Shown here: positions 10,085 to 22,300 of the stretch, piece after piece
Position numbering within the stretch: the first letter of the stretch is position 1
Layout: each line of letters starts with the position of its first letter
Assembly (NCBI GenBank): GCA_030390025.1
Contig: CM059441.1
Span: forward strand, 63,798,001 to 63,862,000
From: Squalus acanthias
Taxonomy: Eukaryota
DNA length: 64,000 nt
Reading direction: 5' to 3'
Position numbers and translations under genes: made by a program
Notes under the pieces: model-generated
What the model saw: the letters and a program-made list of their open reading frames with translations, nothing else
What the model was told of the DNA's origin: nothing
Databases searched by the model: none

Positions 10085-12815
10085 TGGTTGGTGTAAATTT
10101 GTGTAGACCGCATTGAATAAGATAACTCCACGAGAACATCCGATAGTGGCAGGTCCCTCTACAATATTTAATGGTCTGAAACCAGACTTTAAGATATTTA
10201 CAGTCTTGGATATAGCGAACAGGTTCTGGTCCATACCATTGGCAGAGGAATCACAAGGGAAATTCGCCTTTACTGTCGGGGATAGACAGTATACATGGAC
10301 CAGGGTCCCGCAGGGGTTCCACAATAGTCCAAATATATTCCACCGTGTACTGAGTCAAGCCTTAGACGAGTTAGACCTATTAATGTATCTAGGAAATGAA
10401 ATTAGCCAGGGGTATAAGGCACTCCCGCAGGAACGAAAGGCAGCCATAAAAGACATGCCAAGGCCAGTGACCGTCCGGGGAGTAAGGAAAGTGTTGGGAC
10501 GATTTAACTACTGCAGAAATTTTATATCAGACTTTGCAGGGAAAGCAGAGCCGATTCAATGGTTAGTTAAAGGGGGGAGACCCGCCACTGATAAGATAGA
10601 ATGGGAATCAGAGCAGGACGTGGCTTACGCAAAATTAAAAGCAGCCCTGACGTCCGCACCCGATCTAGGATTGCCAAATATAGTCAAACCATTCCATATA
10701 TACTATAGTATAGACAGGAACTTCCATAACGCCGTAGTCACCCAAGAGTATGGGGGAGATATGAGGCCAATTGCCTATTACTCCACCCAACAAAGCCCCG
10801 TGGCTAAAGGAATGTCGAGATGCGTGGCGGCCCTCGACTGTGCCGCATGGGCGGGTGGATATGCAAGCCCGTCTTTATGTCAGGACAGCTGATATTACAC
10901 ACGCAACACACAGTGGTGGACCTGCTAAACACAGGTAAAATGAAGGCTGTATCAGACAGAAGGAGGGCGGCTTGGGAAGCAGTATTGATACCCAAGGACC
11001 AATCAGTCCAGATTATAAGGGAACATAGAGTCAACCCCGCAGACGGAATGCTATCAGAGGGTGAGGCACACGAGTGTCAGTTAGTAATCGAAGAAGAGGT
11101 CAGAGGAACCGTATCAGAATCGCCCCTTGAAAATCCCGAAAAATCCTTTTATGGAGACGGATCTCGCCGATATATAAATGGGGAGCCACACACTGGTTGG
11201 GCAGTAGTATCCGAGAATGGAGAAACAGTCGCAAAGGGAGGGCTTGAAGGAGGAACCTCAGCGCAGGTAGCAGAACTAGTGGCTGTCACGGAAGCATTGA
11301 AATTGGCGAAAGGAAAACGAGTAAATATATATACACAGACAGTAGATATGTGTTTGGTGTAGTGCATGATTATATGATAGCGTGGAATAGGAGAGGATAT
11401 GTAACCTCCGGAGGAGGACAAATACAGCATGAGGAGGTAGTGAGAGACCTAGTAGAAGCAGTAAAAGGAGCAGAAGAGGTAGCAGTGATTAAAATAAAGG
11501 CACACCGTAAGATCGTGAGCGAGCAACAAAAAGGAAATATGTTAGCTGATCAGGCAGCAAGAGCAGCGGCGGACACAGAGATGCCTACACTAATAGCAGT
11601 AGGTAGAATAGGAGCAGAGGAAGTGAACATTAAAATAATTCAAGAGGAGACCGAAATGAAGGAGCAGGAACAGTGGACAAAGAGAGGCACAGCCAAAGGT
11701 AGAGATGGAATATGGAAAAAGGATCATGGGGGGCGGAATGGCATGATAGGTAGGCTAAGTATGGATTGGTGGTGGAGTGGATTGGACTATGATGTGGCAA
11801 GGTACTGCAGATGCTGCATCATCTGTGGACAGCAAACCTGGGTAGGCCCATAAAGGTTAAAATGGCCCACCAGCCACGACCCAAAGGCCCCTGGGAAAAC
11901 CTCCAGATAGACTTTACTGGACCCCTACCTAACAGCAGAGGGAAGAAATACTGCTTAGTGATCATAGACCAGTTTACAAGGTGGGTGGAAGCATTCCCTA
12001 CCAGAGACTGTTGTGCTCAGGCTGTGACCTGGATATTTGCATACGACGTGATACCGAGATGGGGGGTCCCGTTGCAAATAGATTCAGATCAAGGTACCTA
12101 CTTTACGGGAAAGGTAATGAAAGAAGTCCTGACGAAAGGTCTTCGACCTGAAACGTTAACTCTGTTTCTCTCTCCACAGATGCTGCCTGGCCTGCTGAGT
12201 TTTTCCAGCGTTTTCTGTTGTTATTTTTAATGAAAGAAGCTTGTAAGCTACTAGGAGTAAGACAGAAGTTCAACATCCCCTATCATCCGCAAAGCTCAGG
12301 CATGGTAGAGCGAATGAACAGAACCTTGAAAACAGCTTTAAGCAAGGCCATAGCTGAAATCGGACAGGGATGGGTGGATGTCCTCCTGTGCATCCTGATG
12401 AGGCTGAGAGCCACTCCAAACAGGGTGACTGACACCATATGAACTCATGACTGGACAAGCAATGCGTCTGCCAGAAGGAGTAGCATCTGGTAGCGAGGGA
12501 CGAGGACCCTTAAAAGATAAAATTAGGAAATACGTACAAACACTGGATAATCAATTGAAGGAGCTCAAACAAGAAGTTAAAGAACAACAACACATCAGAG
12601 ATAAACATACACAAAAGCAGGGGGCCTCGGAGCCCCTACCTAAGGTGGGCGAGCAGGTATTTGTTAAAATATTGCCAGAGCGATCGGGATTCTCACCTAG
12701 ATGGACCGGACCATTTGAGGTTATCATGACCAGCGATACATGTGCATGCATAGATATGAGGGAAAAGGGAGATGGAAACTTTGGACCCAGCTAAAACGAT
12801 ACAGCAATAACCCAC
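10085..12815 (+). pseudogene. pol: ERV pol (RT - tether - RNase H - integrase), frameshifted and internally deleted
   Basis: LDIANRFWSIPL, YTWTRVPQGFHNSP, RPIAYYS, FYGDGS..SAQVAEL, KIKAH..GNMLAD, QIDFTGP, DSDQG, YHPQSSGMVERMNRTLK; the YxDD segment is absent. Confidence 0.95.
12127..12227 (+). mobile_element. Penelope-like terminal fragment with a hammerhead-ribozyme-like core, inserted in integrase
   Basis: 12-bp TSD TAATGAAAGAAG (12115-12126, 12228-12239); CTGACGA..aggtc-ttc-gacct-GAAAC-GTT. Confidence 0.75.
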
Positions 12816-12914
12816 CTGATCTTAAATCCCACAGGAACAATGGAATAAACACCGGAGATAAACTAACATCTGGTGACGACCAGGCTTCTGCTTAATTTAC
12901 AGGGAAACTTCACC

Positions 12915-14310
12915 ATGAAGGTGGGATTACTGCTGGGAATTGTATGCATCACAAAATAAGCGAAGGGACGTCCCACATTGCACGACAAGTACATGATGAG
13001 GAAGCACCATGTTTTAATGGAACAATCACATTCAGAGTCTCATCCATGGCTCCCAATACACAGAAAGAAGAGACAAGCGAACCGAGGATGCTACAATGTC
13101 CAGATATGAAACATGGACCTATGAATGGACTAGTATTATTTACCGAGGGAGAACAATTGTATGATAACGTGAGACACGAAATTGTACTGGTACTAATGAA
13201 CTTAACCATGTTACAATGGCCAGGATATTGTGAGAGGTTTACTAAAACTAGAGAATTGTATGCATATATGATAAAGAATGTAATTAGCCAAGCTGCTGAT
13301 GCGACAGGGGCCACCAGTTTCAGGGGACATGCTGCATTCCACCAAAGGATTAAGAGGAGCTTAGGAACCGATTTACTCATGGGAATAAATACGGGGACAT
13401 CATTCATTAATGCCCTAGATATACAAGGAGTCCAGAGTAGCGTGGAATGACTACAAAAGGTAATACAACAGATTTTGGTTTGGTTCAACAAGGATCAGAG
13501 TTAGGAGGACATACGATAAGGAAATTACTCGAGGGAATCAAGATTATAGAGGACCATGCTAGCATTATCAACAAACTAAACCATAGAGATGAGGAACAGG
13601 CAAAAGACGGGGTAGGGCGAGGCTTGTGTCATGCCTATGGCCAATGGATCACTGGACAGTTAAAACATAATCTGGCACAGATACAGCGAGGCGAGGTACC
13701 AGACTGGATTAATAGCACACAGCTAATCCCGGCCCTCTGAGTGCTTGCACCCTCAAAGGGATGACCAGAGTATATCCGGTGATACAAAAATGTAAAGCAG
13801 AAGTGACAGCAATGATAGGCATGGTACTCCTGATACCAATGGTGGGACTAGACACGACTCCATACCCACAGCACCAGGTCATAAACATAGGCACAGTGAG
13901 GGGTGATACGCACCTCCAATACTATCCGATCGATACCTATGCCATCGGGAAGAATGGTACTATGAGAGGAGTCTCCCTAAACGGATGCCACGGGAAAGGC
14001 ACGCTTACGATATGCCCACATCCGGTAGGAGAAGGCCCTAAGGATAAGTGCGACTATAATAAGACAGAGGGGTGTGTGTTGGAATTATCACATGTTGATC
14101 ACCATCACACCCGCTCGGGATATAGGGGAGAAGGGGAGTATTGTATAGCCACCTCAGAGACTGAGTACCAATATAGTAACCTTGTGTGTGCAATCACAAT
14201 GCCCAACTTCTGCGTTACGCCAAAGATCCCTGTGACAATTGGACACACCAGATTGGTGTATGTACATTCAAGAGAGGATATAAAACTAAATGTGACAGGT
14301 AATCTAAGGG
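12915..14310 (+). pseudogene. env: ERV env, fusion-protein (F-like) layout, 3'-truncated
   Basis: Acceptor ttaatttacag, then signal peptide MKVGLLLGIVCIT; furin site RIKR (13346-13357); fusion-peptide-like SLGTDLLMGINTGTSFINALDI; heptad region; long Cys-rich segment; stops and frameshifts. Confidence 0.8.
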
Positions 14311-14600
14311 CCATCTTTTGGATGAGACGTTAAACCGATGCCCATGTCTGCCCTCTCGGGTGGACGTAGAAGATCTCAGGGCCACTATTTTGAAGAGCAA
14401 GGGAGTTCTCCTGGGGCCAATATTTATCCCTCAACTTACATCACTCAAAAATAGTATCCCTGGACATTACCAAAATGCTATTTGTGGCACCTTGCTGTGA
14501 GAAAAATGGCTTCCGCATTTCATACATTGCGACATTACAAAAAGAGAATTTAGTTGTAAAATGCTTTGGGACGTCCTGAGGTCGGGAAATGAACAAGGAT
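14310..14600 (+). mobile_element. Deu-domain SINE body and tail (continuation of 8087-8184)
   Basis: ggatgagacgttaaaccga...gtctgccctctcgggtggacgt...tatttatccctcaa. Confidence 0.8.
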
Positions 14601-14614
14601 GAAAACACTTTGGT

Positions 14615-14760
14615 TCTACTTCCTGAAGAATCCCCCTGGGTTGCGGGATGAATCCTGTCGGACAAGCAGTTAGTTTGATCCACTTCCGCTCACTGATGTA
14701 AACCTGGAAGTGTTGAGTTGAACGGGATCGTAGGCGATCAATTTTCACTTCCCACTGCAA
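14615..14760 (-). promoter_or_regulatory. Putative immune enhancer/promoter: ETS-IRF composite element plus further ETS cores
   Basis: - strand GGAAGTGAAA (~14742-14752), GCGGAAGTG (~14680), CAGGAAGTA (~14617); + strand CTGGAAGTG (~14704); motif match only. Confidence 0.4.
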
Positions 14761-15024
14761 CAGGCTAGAGGCGATTGGGAGTGATCCGAGTTTAAGAGGA
14801 TGTGAATCCTGTGGGTTTGATGGTTTCTGACGTGTTGCTTTCTATGTCCTTATTTGGGGCAGTGGGCGTCAAGTTGTGATAATTATTTTAAAGCTGTGAA
14901 ACCACACACGGTCCGTTTTTATCATCGACTGTTTGTGACAGACTAGTGCACAGAAACACACAGCAATCTCAGCGAGAGGCGGAAATTGGTCCATAGTTAA
15001 GTATGAAGCTGTAAACTCAACAGT

Positions 15025-16320
15025 CCACACTCTCACTCACACACGCTCACACACTCGCAGTCACAATCTCAGACACTCACATGCTCTCACACACACACGC
15101 ACACTTACACTCACACAAAAACACACTCACTCAGATTCACACTCAATCACACTCTCAGACACACTCGCACACAGTCAAACACACACACTCGCACACTCAG
15201 ACTCGCACACAAAGTCAGACACACGCATTCACTCATACACACACTCACGCACTCACACGCACTCCCACACACGCACAGACTCTCAAACACACACTCACAT
15301 TCACAAACAGTCCATGATAAAAAGGAACCGTGTGTGATTTTACAGCTTTAAAATAATTATAACAAATTGACGTCCAATGCACCAAATAAGGACATAGAAG
15401 CATCACGTCAGAAACCATCTGACCCCCAGGANNNNNNNNNNNNNNNNNNNNNNNNNNNNNNNNNNNNNNNNNNNNNNNNNNNNNNNNNNNNNNNNNNNNN
15501 NNNNNNNNNNNNNNNNNNNNNNNNNNNNNNNNNNNNNNNNNNNNNNNNNNNNNNNNNNNNNNNNNNNNNNNNNTAAACTCACACACATTCACACACTCTC
15601 AAACACACACTCACACTCAAACATACACTCTCAAACACACTCTCAAACACACACTCACACACAAACACACACTCTCAAACACACACACGTACACACTCAT
15701 ACACTCACACACACACTCTCAAACGCACACACTCACACACACTCTCAAACACACTCACACACAAACACACACTCAAACACACGCACGTACACACTCATAC
15801 ANNNNNNNNNNNNNNNNNNNNNNNNNNNNNNNNNNNNNNNNNNNNNNNNNNNNNNNNNNNNNNNNNNNNNNNNNNNNNNNNNNNNNNNNNNNNNNNNNNN
15901 NNNNNNNNNNNNNNNNNNNNNNNNNNNNNNNNNNNNNNNNNNNNNNNNAAACACACACACACACTGTCAAACACACACACTCACAAACACACACACGCAC
16001 ACACTCATACACACACACACTCTCACACACACACACTCGCACACACACTCTCAAACACACACTCACACATTCACACTCAAACACACACGCATACACTCAC
16101 AAACACACTCACGCTCACAGACACACACTCAAACACACACTCATACACTCACACATTCACACTCTAGAACACACACACTCACACACTCATACATTCATAC
16201 TCTCAAACACACACACTCATACACTCACAGACACACTCACACATTCAAACACACACACTCACACACTCATACACGCACAGAAACACTCTCAAACACACAC
16301 ACTCGATCACACACACGCAA
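15025..16320. repeat. (CA)-rich low-complexity tract with assembly gaps 15432-15573 and 15802-15948
   Basis: Direct reading. Confidence 0.9.
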
Positions 16321-19300
16321 ACACTCCCCTCATTCAATCCTCACACTCACTCCCCACACGCAATCCCCAAGCTCACTCCTCACTCTCTCCTCACTCTCTC
16401 CCCACACTATCTCCTCACTCTCTACCCCCACTCGCTCTCCTCACTCTCTCCCCTCACTCACTCCTCTCATTCTCTCCCCTCAATCCCTCCCATCACTCTC
16501 TCCCCTCACTCTCTCCAATCTCTCCCCTGACTCTCTCCCCTCACCCTCTCTCTCCTTATTCTCCCTTCACTCTCTCCTCTCATTCTCTCCTCACTCTCAA
16601 TCTCCTCACACTTTACCATCATTCTCTCCCCTCACTCTCACTCCTCACAATCTCCACTCACTCTCTCCCCTCACTCTCTCTCCTCACTCTTTACCCTCAC
16701 TCTCTCCTCACTCTCTGCCCTCACTCTCTCCCCTAACAATCTCCTCACTCTCTCCTCACTCTCTCCTCACTCTCTCCCCTCACCCTCCTCTCACTCTCTC
16801 TCCTCACTCTCGCCTGACACTCTCCTCTCACACTCTCTCCTCACTCACTCTCTCCCCTCACTCTCTCCTCACTCTCCCCTCACTCTCTCCCCTCACTTTC
16901 TCTCCTCATTCTCTCCCCTCACCCTCTCCCCGCACTCTCCCCTCACTCTCTCTCCCCTCACTCTCCCCTCACCCTCTCTCCTCACTCTCTACCGTCACTC
17001 TCTCTCCTCAATCTCTCCCCTCACTGTCTCCCATCACTCTCTCTCCTCAGCCTCTCCTCACTCTCCCCTCACTCTCTCTCCTCAGCCTCTCCTCACTCTC
17101 CCCTCACTCTCTCCCCTCACTTTCTCTCCTCATTCTCTCCCCTCACCCTCTCCCCTCACTCTCTCCCCTCACACTCCCCTCACCCTCTCTCCTCACACTC
17201 TACCATCACTCTCTCTCCTCAATCTCTCCCCTCACTGTCTCCCGTCACTCTCTCTCCTCACTCTCTCCAATCACTCAATCCCCTGACTCTATCCTCACAT
17301 TCTCTCATCACTATCTCCCGTCACTCTCACTCCTCACTCTCTCCCCTCACTCTCTCTCCTCACTATCACCTCACTCTCGCTCCTCACCCTCTCTCCTCAC
17401 TCTCTCCGCTCACCCTCCCCTCACTCTCTCCCCTCACTCCCTCCTCACTCGCTCCCTTCACTCTCTCACCGCACTCTCTCCCCTCACTCTCTTTCCTCAA
17501 TCTCTCCCCTCACTCTCTCTCCTCACTCTCTCTTCTCACTCTCTTCTCTCACTCTCTCCCCTCACCCTCTCCCCTCACTCTCTCCTCACTCACTCCCCTC
17601 ACTTTCTCTCCTCACTCTCACCCCTCACTCTCCCCTCACTCTCTCTTCAGTATCCCATCACTCTCTCCCCTCACTCTCCCTTCACTCTCTCCCTTCACTC
17701 CCCCCTCACTCTCTCTTCACTCTCCCCTCACTCTCTCCCCTCACTTTCTCACCTCATTCTCTCTCCTCACTCTCTACCCTCACTCTCTCTCTACAATCTC
17801 TCCCCTCACTCTCTCCCATCACTATCTCTCCTCAGTCTCTCCTCTCACTCTCTCTCCTCAGTCTCACCTCTCACTCTCTCCTCTCACTCTCTCCCCTCAC
17901 TCTCTCCCCTCACTCTCTCCTGTGACTCTCCCCTCACTCTCTCTCCTCACTCTCTCTCCTCACTCTCTCCCTTCACTCTCTCTCCTCACTATCCCTCACT
18001 CTCCTCACTCTCCCCTCACTCTCTCCCCTACTCTCTCCCCACACTCTCTCTCCTCACTCTCCCCTCACTGTCTCCCCTCACTCTCTCTCCTCACTCTCTC
18101 TCCTCACTCTCTCCCCTCACTCATCAATCACTCTCTCCCTTCACTCTCCCCTCACCCACTCTCCACACTCTCTCCCCTTACCCTTTCTCCTCACTCTCTC
18201 CCCTCACTCTCTCTCCTCACTCTCTGCCCGCACTCTCTCTCCTCACTCTCTCCTCACTCTCTCTCCTCATTCTCTCCCCTCACTCTCCCCTCACTCTCAC
18301 CCCTCACTCTCCCCTCACTCTCTCCTCACTCTCTCTCCGCACTTTCTCCCCTCTCTCTCTCTCCTCACTTTCTCCCCTCACGCTCTCCTTACTCTCACCC
18401 TCACTCTCTCACCCTCACTCTTTCCCCTCATTCTCTCCTCACAATCTCCCCTCACTCTTTCTCCTGATTCTCCCCTCACTCTCTGCACTCACTCTCTCCG
18501 CACTCACTCCCATCACTCTCTTCCCTCACACTCTCCCCTCGGTCTCTCTTCTCACTCTCTACTCACTCTCTCCCCTCACCCTCTCCCCTCACTCTCTCCT
18601 TACTCACTCCCCTCACTCTCTCCTCACTCTCCCCTCACTCTTTCCCCTCACTTTCTCTCCTCACTCTCCCCTCACTCTTCCTTACTCTCTCCCCTCACTC
18701 TCCGCTCAACCTCTCTCCTCACTCTCTCTCCTCACTCTCTCCTCACTCTCTTCCCTCATTCTCTCCCCTCACGCTCTCCCCTTACTCTCTCCCCTCACCC
18801 TCTCTCCTCACTCTCTCCTCTCTCACTCCCCTTACTCTCTCCTCACTTTCCCCCACTCTCTCCCCTCACTTTCTCTCCTCACTCTCATCCCTTACTCTCT
18901 CCCCTCCCTCGCTCTTCTCACTCTCTCCCCTCACTCTCTCCCCTCACCCTGTCCACTCAGTCTCTCTCCTCTCTCTCCCCTCACTCTCTCCTTACTCTCT
19001 CCCCTCACTCTCTGCTCAACCTCTCTCCTCATTCTCTACCCTCACTCTCTCTCTTCAATCTCTCCCGTCACTCTCTCCCATCATTCTCTCCTCAGTCTCT
19101 CCTCTCACTCTCTCTCCTCAGTCTCTCCTCTCACTCTCTCCCCTCACTCTCTCCCCTCACTCTCTCTCCTCACTCTCTCTCCTCACTCTCTCTGCTCACT
19201 CTCTCCCTTCACTCTCTCTCCTTACTCTCTCCCCTCACTCACTCCTCACTCTCCCCTCACTCTCTCCCCTCACTCTCTCTCCTCACTCTCCTCTTACTCT
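16321..19300. repeat. CT-rich degenerate minisatellite (ctcactctctccc-like units)
   Basis: Direct reading. Confidence 0.95.
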
Positions 19301-22300
19301 CTCTCTGGTGCAAGGGTCAAGGATGTCTCGGAGCGGCTGCAGGGCATTCTGGAGAGGGATGGTGAACAGCCAGTTGTCGTGGTGAGTATAGGTACCAACG
19401 ATATAGGTAAAAACTGGGATTAGGTCCTAAAAGCTGAAAATAGGGAGTTAGGAGGTAAATTAAAAAATAGGACCTCAAAGGTAGTAATCTCAGGATTGCT
19501 ATCAGTGCCACGTGCTAGTCAGAGTAGAAATAGAAGGATATTTCAGATGAATATGTGGCTAGAGGAATGGTGTAAGGGGGAGGGATTCAAATTCCTGGGA
19601 CATTGAAACCGGTTATGGGGGAGGTGGGACCAGGACAAACTGGACGGTTTGCACCTGGGCAGGACTGGGACTGATGTCCTAGGGGGAGTGTTTGCTAGTG
19701 CTGTTGGGGAGGGTTTAAACTAAAATGGCAGGGGGTTGGGAACCTGTGCAGGGAGACAGACGAAAGGGAAGCAAGGATAGAAGGAAAAGACAGGAATGAG
19801 AAAAGCAAAAATGGCAGTCAGAGAAATCAAGGGTGTATATAAAACATGACACAGTAAATAATAATTCTAAAAGGTTTAAGAGTGTTAAAAAAACAAGCCT
19901 GAAGGCTTTAGGGTAAAAATTGAGTCGCGCCCCATTTGGGGCGCTAACCTCGCCGGGGCGCGACTTTTAGCGCCCCGAAAAAATTAGCGGCCCCGCGCCG
20001 GAACTTCAGTGGTTGCGCCCCAAGAGGGAAGCGGGGCGCCACTGGAAGCACCCCGCATCCCTCTTGGGGCGCTGCGAGGGAATATCCTGGCGCTACGTGC
20101 CGCAGCGCCACGCACTGCGGCACGTCGCACCGCGGTATTGCAGGCCTTCCTCCCCTTCTTAAAGGGGAGGGACCCTGCGCAGCGCGAACCGGGGCCCAGC
20201 TGGGCCCCCAGGGATCGGGAGTGCCGGCAAAAGAGTCTGGCACTCAAGAGAAGTGCCGGGCTCTTGGAGCGCAGCCGGCACTTCACGGTGGGGGGGCTTC
20301 ACGGGGGCCGGGGACAGCAACGGGGGCAGGTGCTGGCAGGCGGCCAGCAACAAAAATGGCCGCCTGCCACCTCCCCTTTAAATATCGCCGCCCCGGCCGC
20401 ACGTACGCCTCCCTGAACCCGTCGGACATAGCGTCTGGCGGTAAATCAGGGGGCGCGACTGAAGATCACGGCCGGGGCGCGAGCGGGGTGCTGCGCACGG
20501 CGATGACATCATCGCCGGCGGCGCAGCGCCACAGGGCGCTACCAGCTGCCGCTGCCGCTAACCTCCCGCTGAATTTTTCGGGAGGCGTGGGCGGCGCTGC
20601 GCCCGGGCGTTAGCTGCTTTACGCCCCATTAGCGCCCTCTTAAGGCGCTAACGGGAGGCGCAAGCAGCTGAATTTTTCCCCCTTTGTGTCTTAATGGGAG
20701 GAGCATTCGTAATAAGGTGGATGAATTGGCTGCGCAAATAGATGTAAACGGATATGATATAATTGGGATTACGGAGACGTGGATCCAAGGTGACCAAGGC
20801 TGGGAATTCAACATCCAGGGGTATTCAATCTTCAGGAGGGACAGGCGAAAAGGAAAAGGAGCTGGGGTAGCATTGCTGGTTTAAGAGGAGATAAACACAA
20901 CAGTAAGGAAGGATATTAGCTCTGATAATGTGGAATCTGTATGGGTAGAGCTGACAAATACCAAGGGGCAGAAAACGTTAGTGGGAGTTGTATACAGACC
21001 CCCAAGCAGTAATACTGAGGTTGGGAATGGCATTAAACGGGAAATTAGAGACGCATGCAATAAGGGCACAGCAGTTATCATGAGTGACTTTAATCTACAT
21101 ATAGATTGGACTAACCAAATTAGTAACAATACTGTGGAGGAGGAATTCCTAGAGTGTATACGGGATGGTTTCCTGGACCAATATGTCGAGGAACCAACTA
21201 GAGATCAGGTCATCTTAGACTGGGTATTATGTAATGAGAAAGGATTAATTAGCAATCTTGTTGTGCGAGGCCCCTTGGGGAGGAGCAATCATAATATGAT
21301 AGAATTCTTCATTAAGATGGAGAGTGAAGTAGTTGACTCAGAGACTAGTGTCCTGAATTAAAATAAAGGAAACTTCGATGGTATGTGGCGCGTATTGGCT
21401 AGGATGGATTGGGGAATGTGACTTAAAGGGTTGACGGTGGATAGGCAATGGCAAACATTTAAAGATTGCATGGATGAACTACAGAATTTGTTCATCCCTG
21501 TTTGGCATAAAAAAAAAAGGTGACTCAACCGTGGCTAACAAGGGAAATTAGGGATAGCATAAGATCCAAGGAGAGGACATATAAATTGGCCAGAAAAAGC
21601 AGCAAACCTGAGGATTGGGAGCAGTTTAGGATTCAGCAAAGGAGGACAAAGGGATTAATTAAGAGGAGGAAAATAGAGTATGAGAGTAAGCTTGCAGGGA
21701 ACATAAAAATTGACTGTAAAAGCTTCCATAGATATGTGAAGAGAAAAAGATTGGTGAAGTCAAGCGTAGGTCCCTTGCAGTCAGAATCAGGGGAATTTAT
21801 AATGGGGAACAACGAAATGGCAGACCAATTAAATACATACTTTGGTTCTGTCTTCACAAAGGAGGACACAAATAACCTCCCAGAGACGTCGGGGAACATA
21901 GGGTCTAATGAGAGGGAAGAACTGAATGAAATCCGTATTTGTAGGGAAATGGTGTTCGGGAAATTGACGGGATTGATGGCTGATAAATCCCCAGGGCCTG
22001 ATAATCTACATCCTAGGGTACTTAAGGAAGTGGCCCTAGAAATAGTAGATGCATTACTTGTCTTCTTCCAAAATTATATAGACTCTGGAACAGTTCCCAT
22101 GGATTGGAGGGTAGCTAATGTAACCCCACTATTTAAAAAAGGTGGGAGAGAGAAAACGGGGAATTATAGACCGGAAAGCCTGACATCGGTAATGGGGAAA
22201 ATGTTAGAGTCGATTATAAAAGATGTAAAAGCAGAGCACTTGGAAAACAGTGACAGGATCGGACAAAGTCAACATGGATTTACAAAAGGTAAGTCATGCT

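Noticed and set aside
14310-15030. 3' LTR of the provirus
   Set aside because: No similarity to 8185-8697 and no polypurine tract; the sequence is SINE followed by the gene-associated module
19944-20613. Overlapping GC-rich ORFs that look like a CpG-island gene
   Set aside because: They lie within a TIR/TSD-bounded MITE; high GC suppresses stop codons
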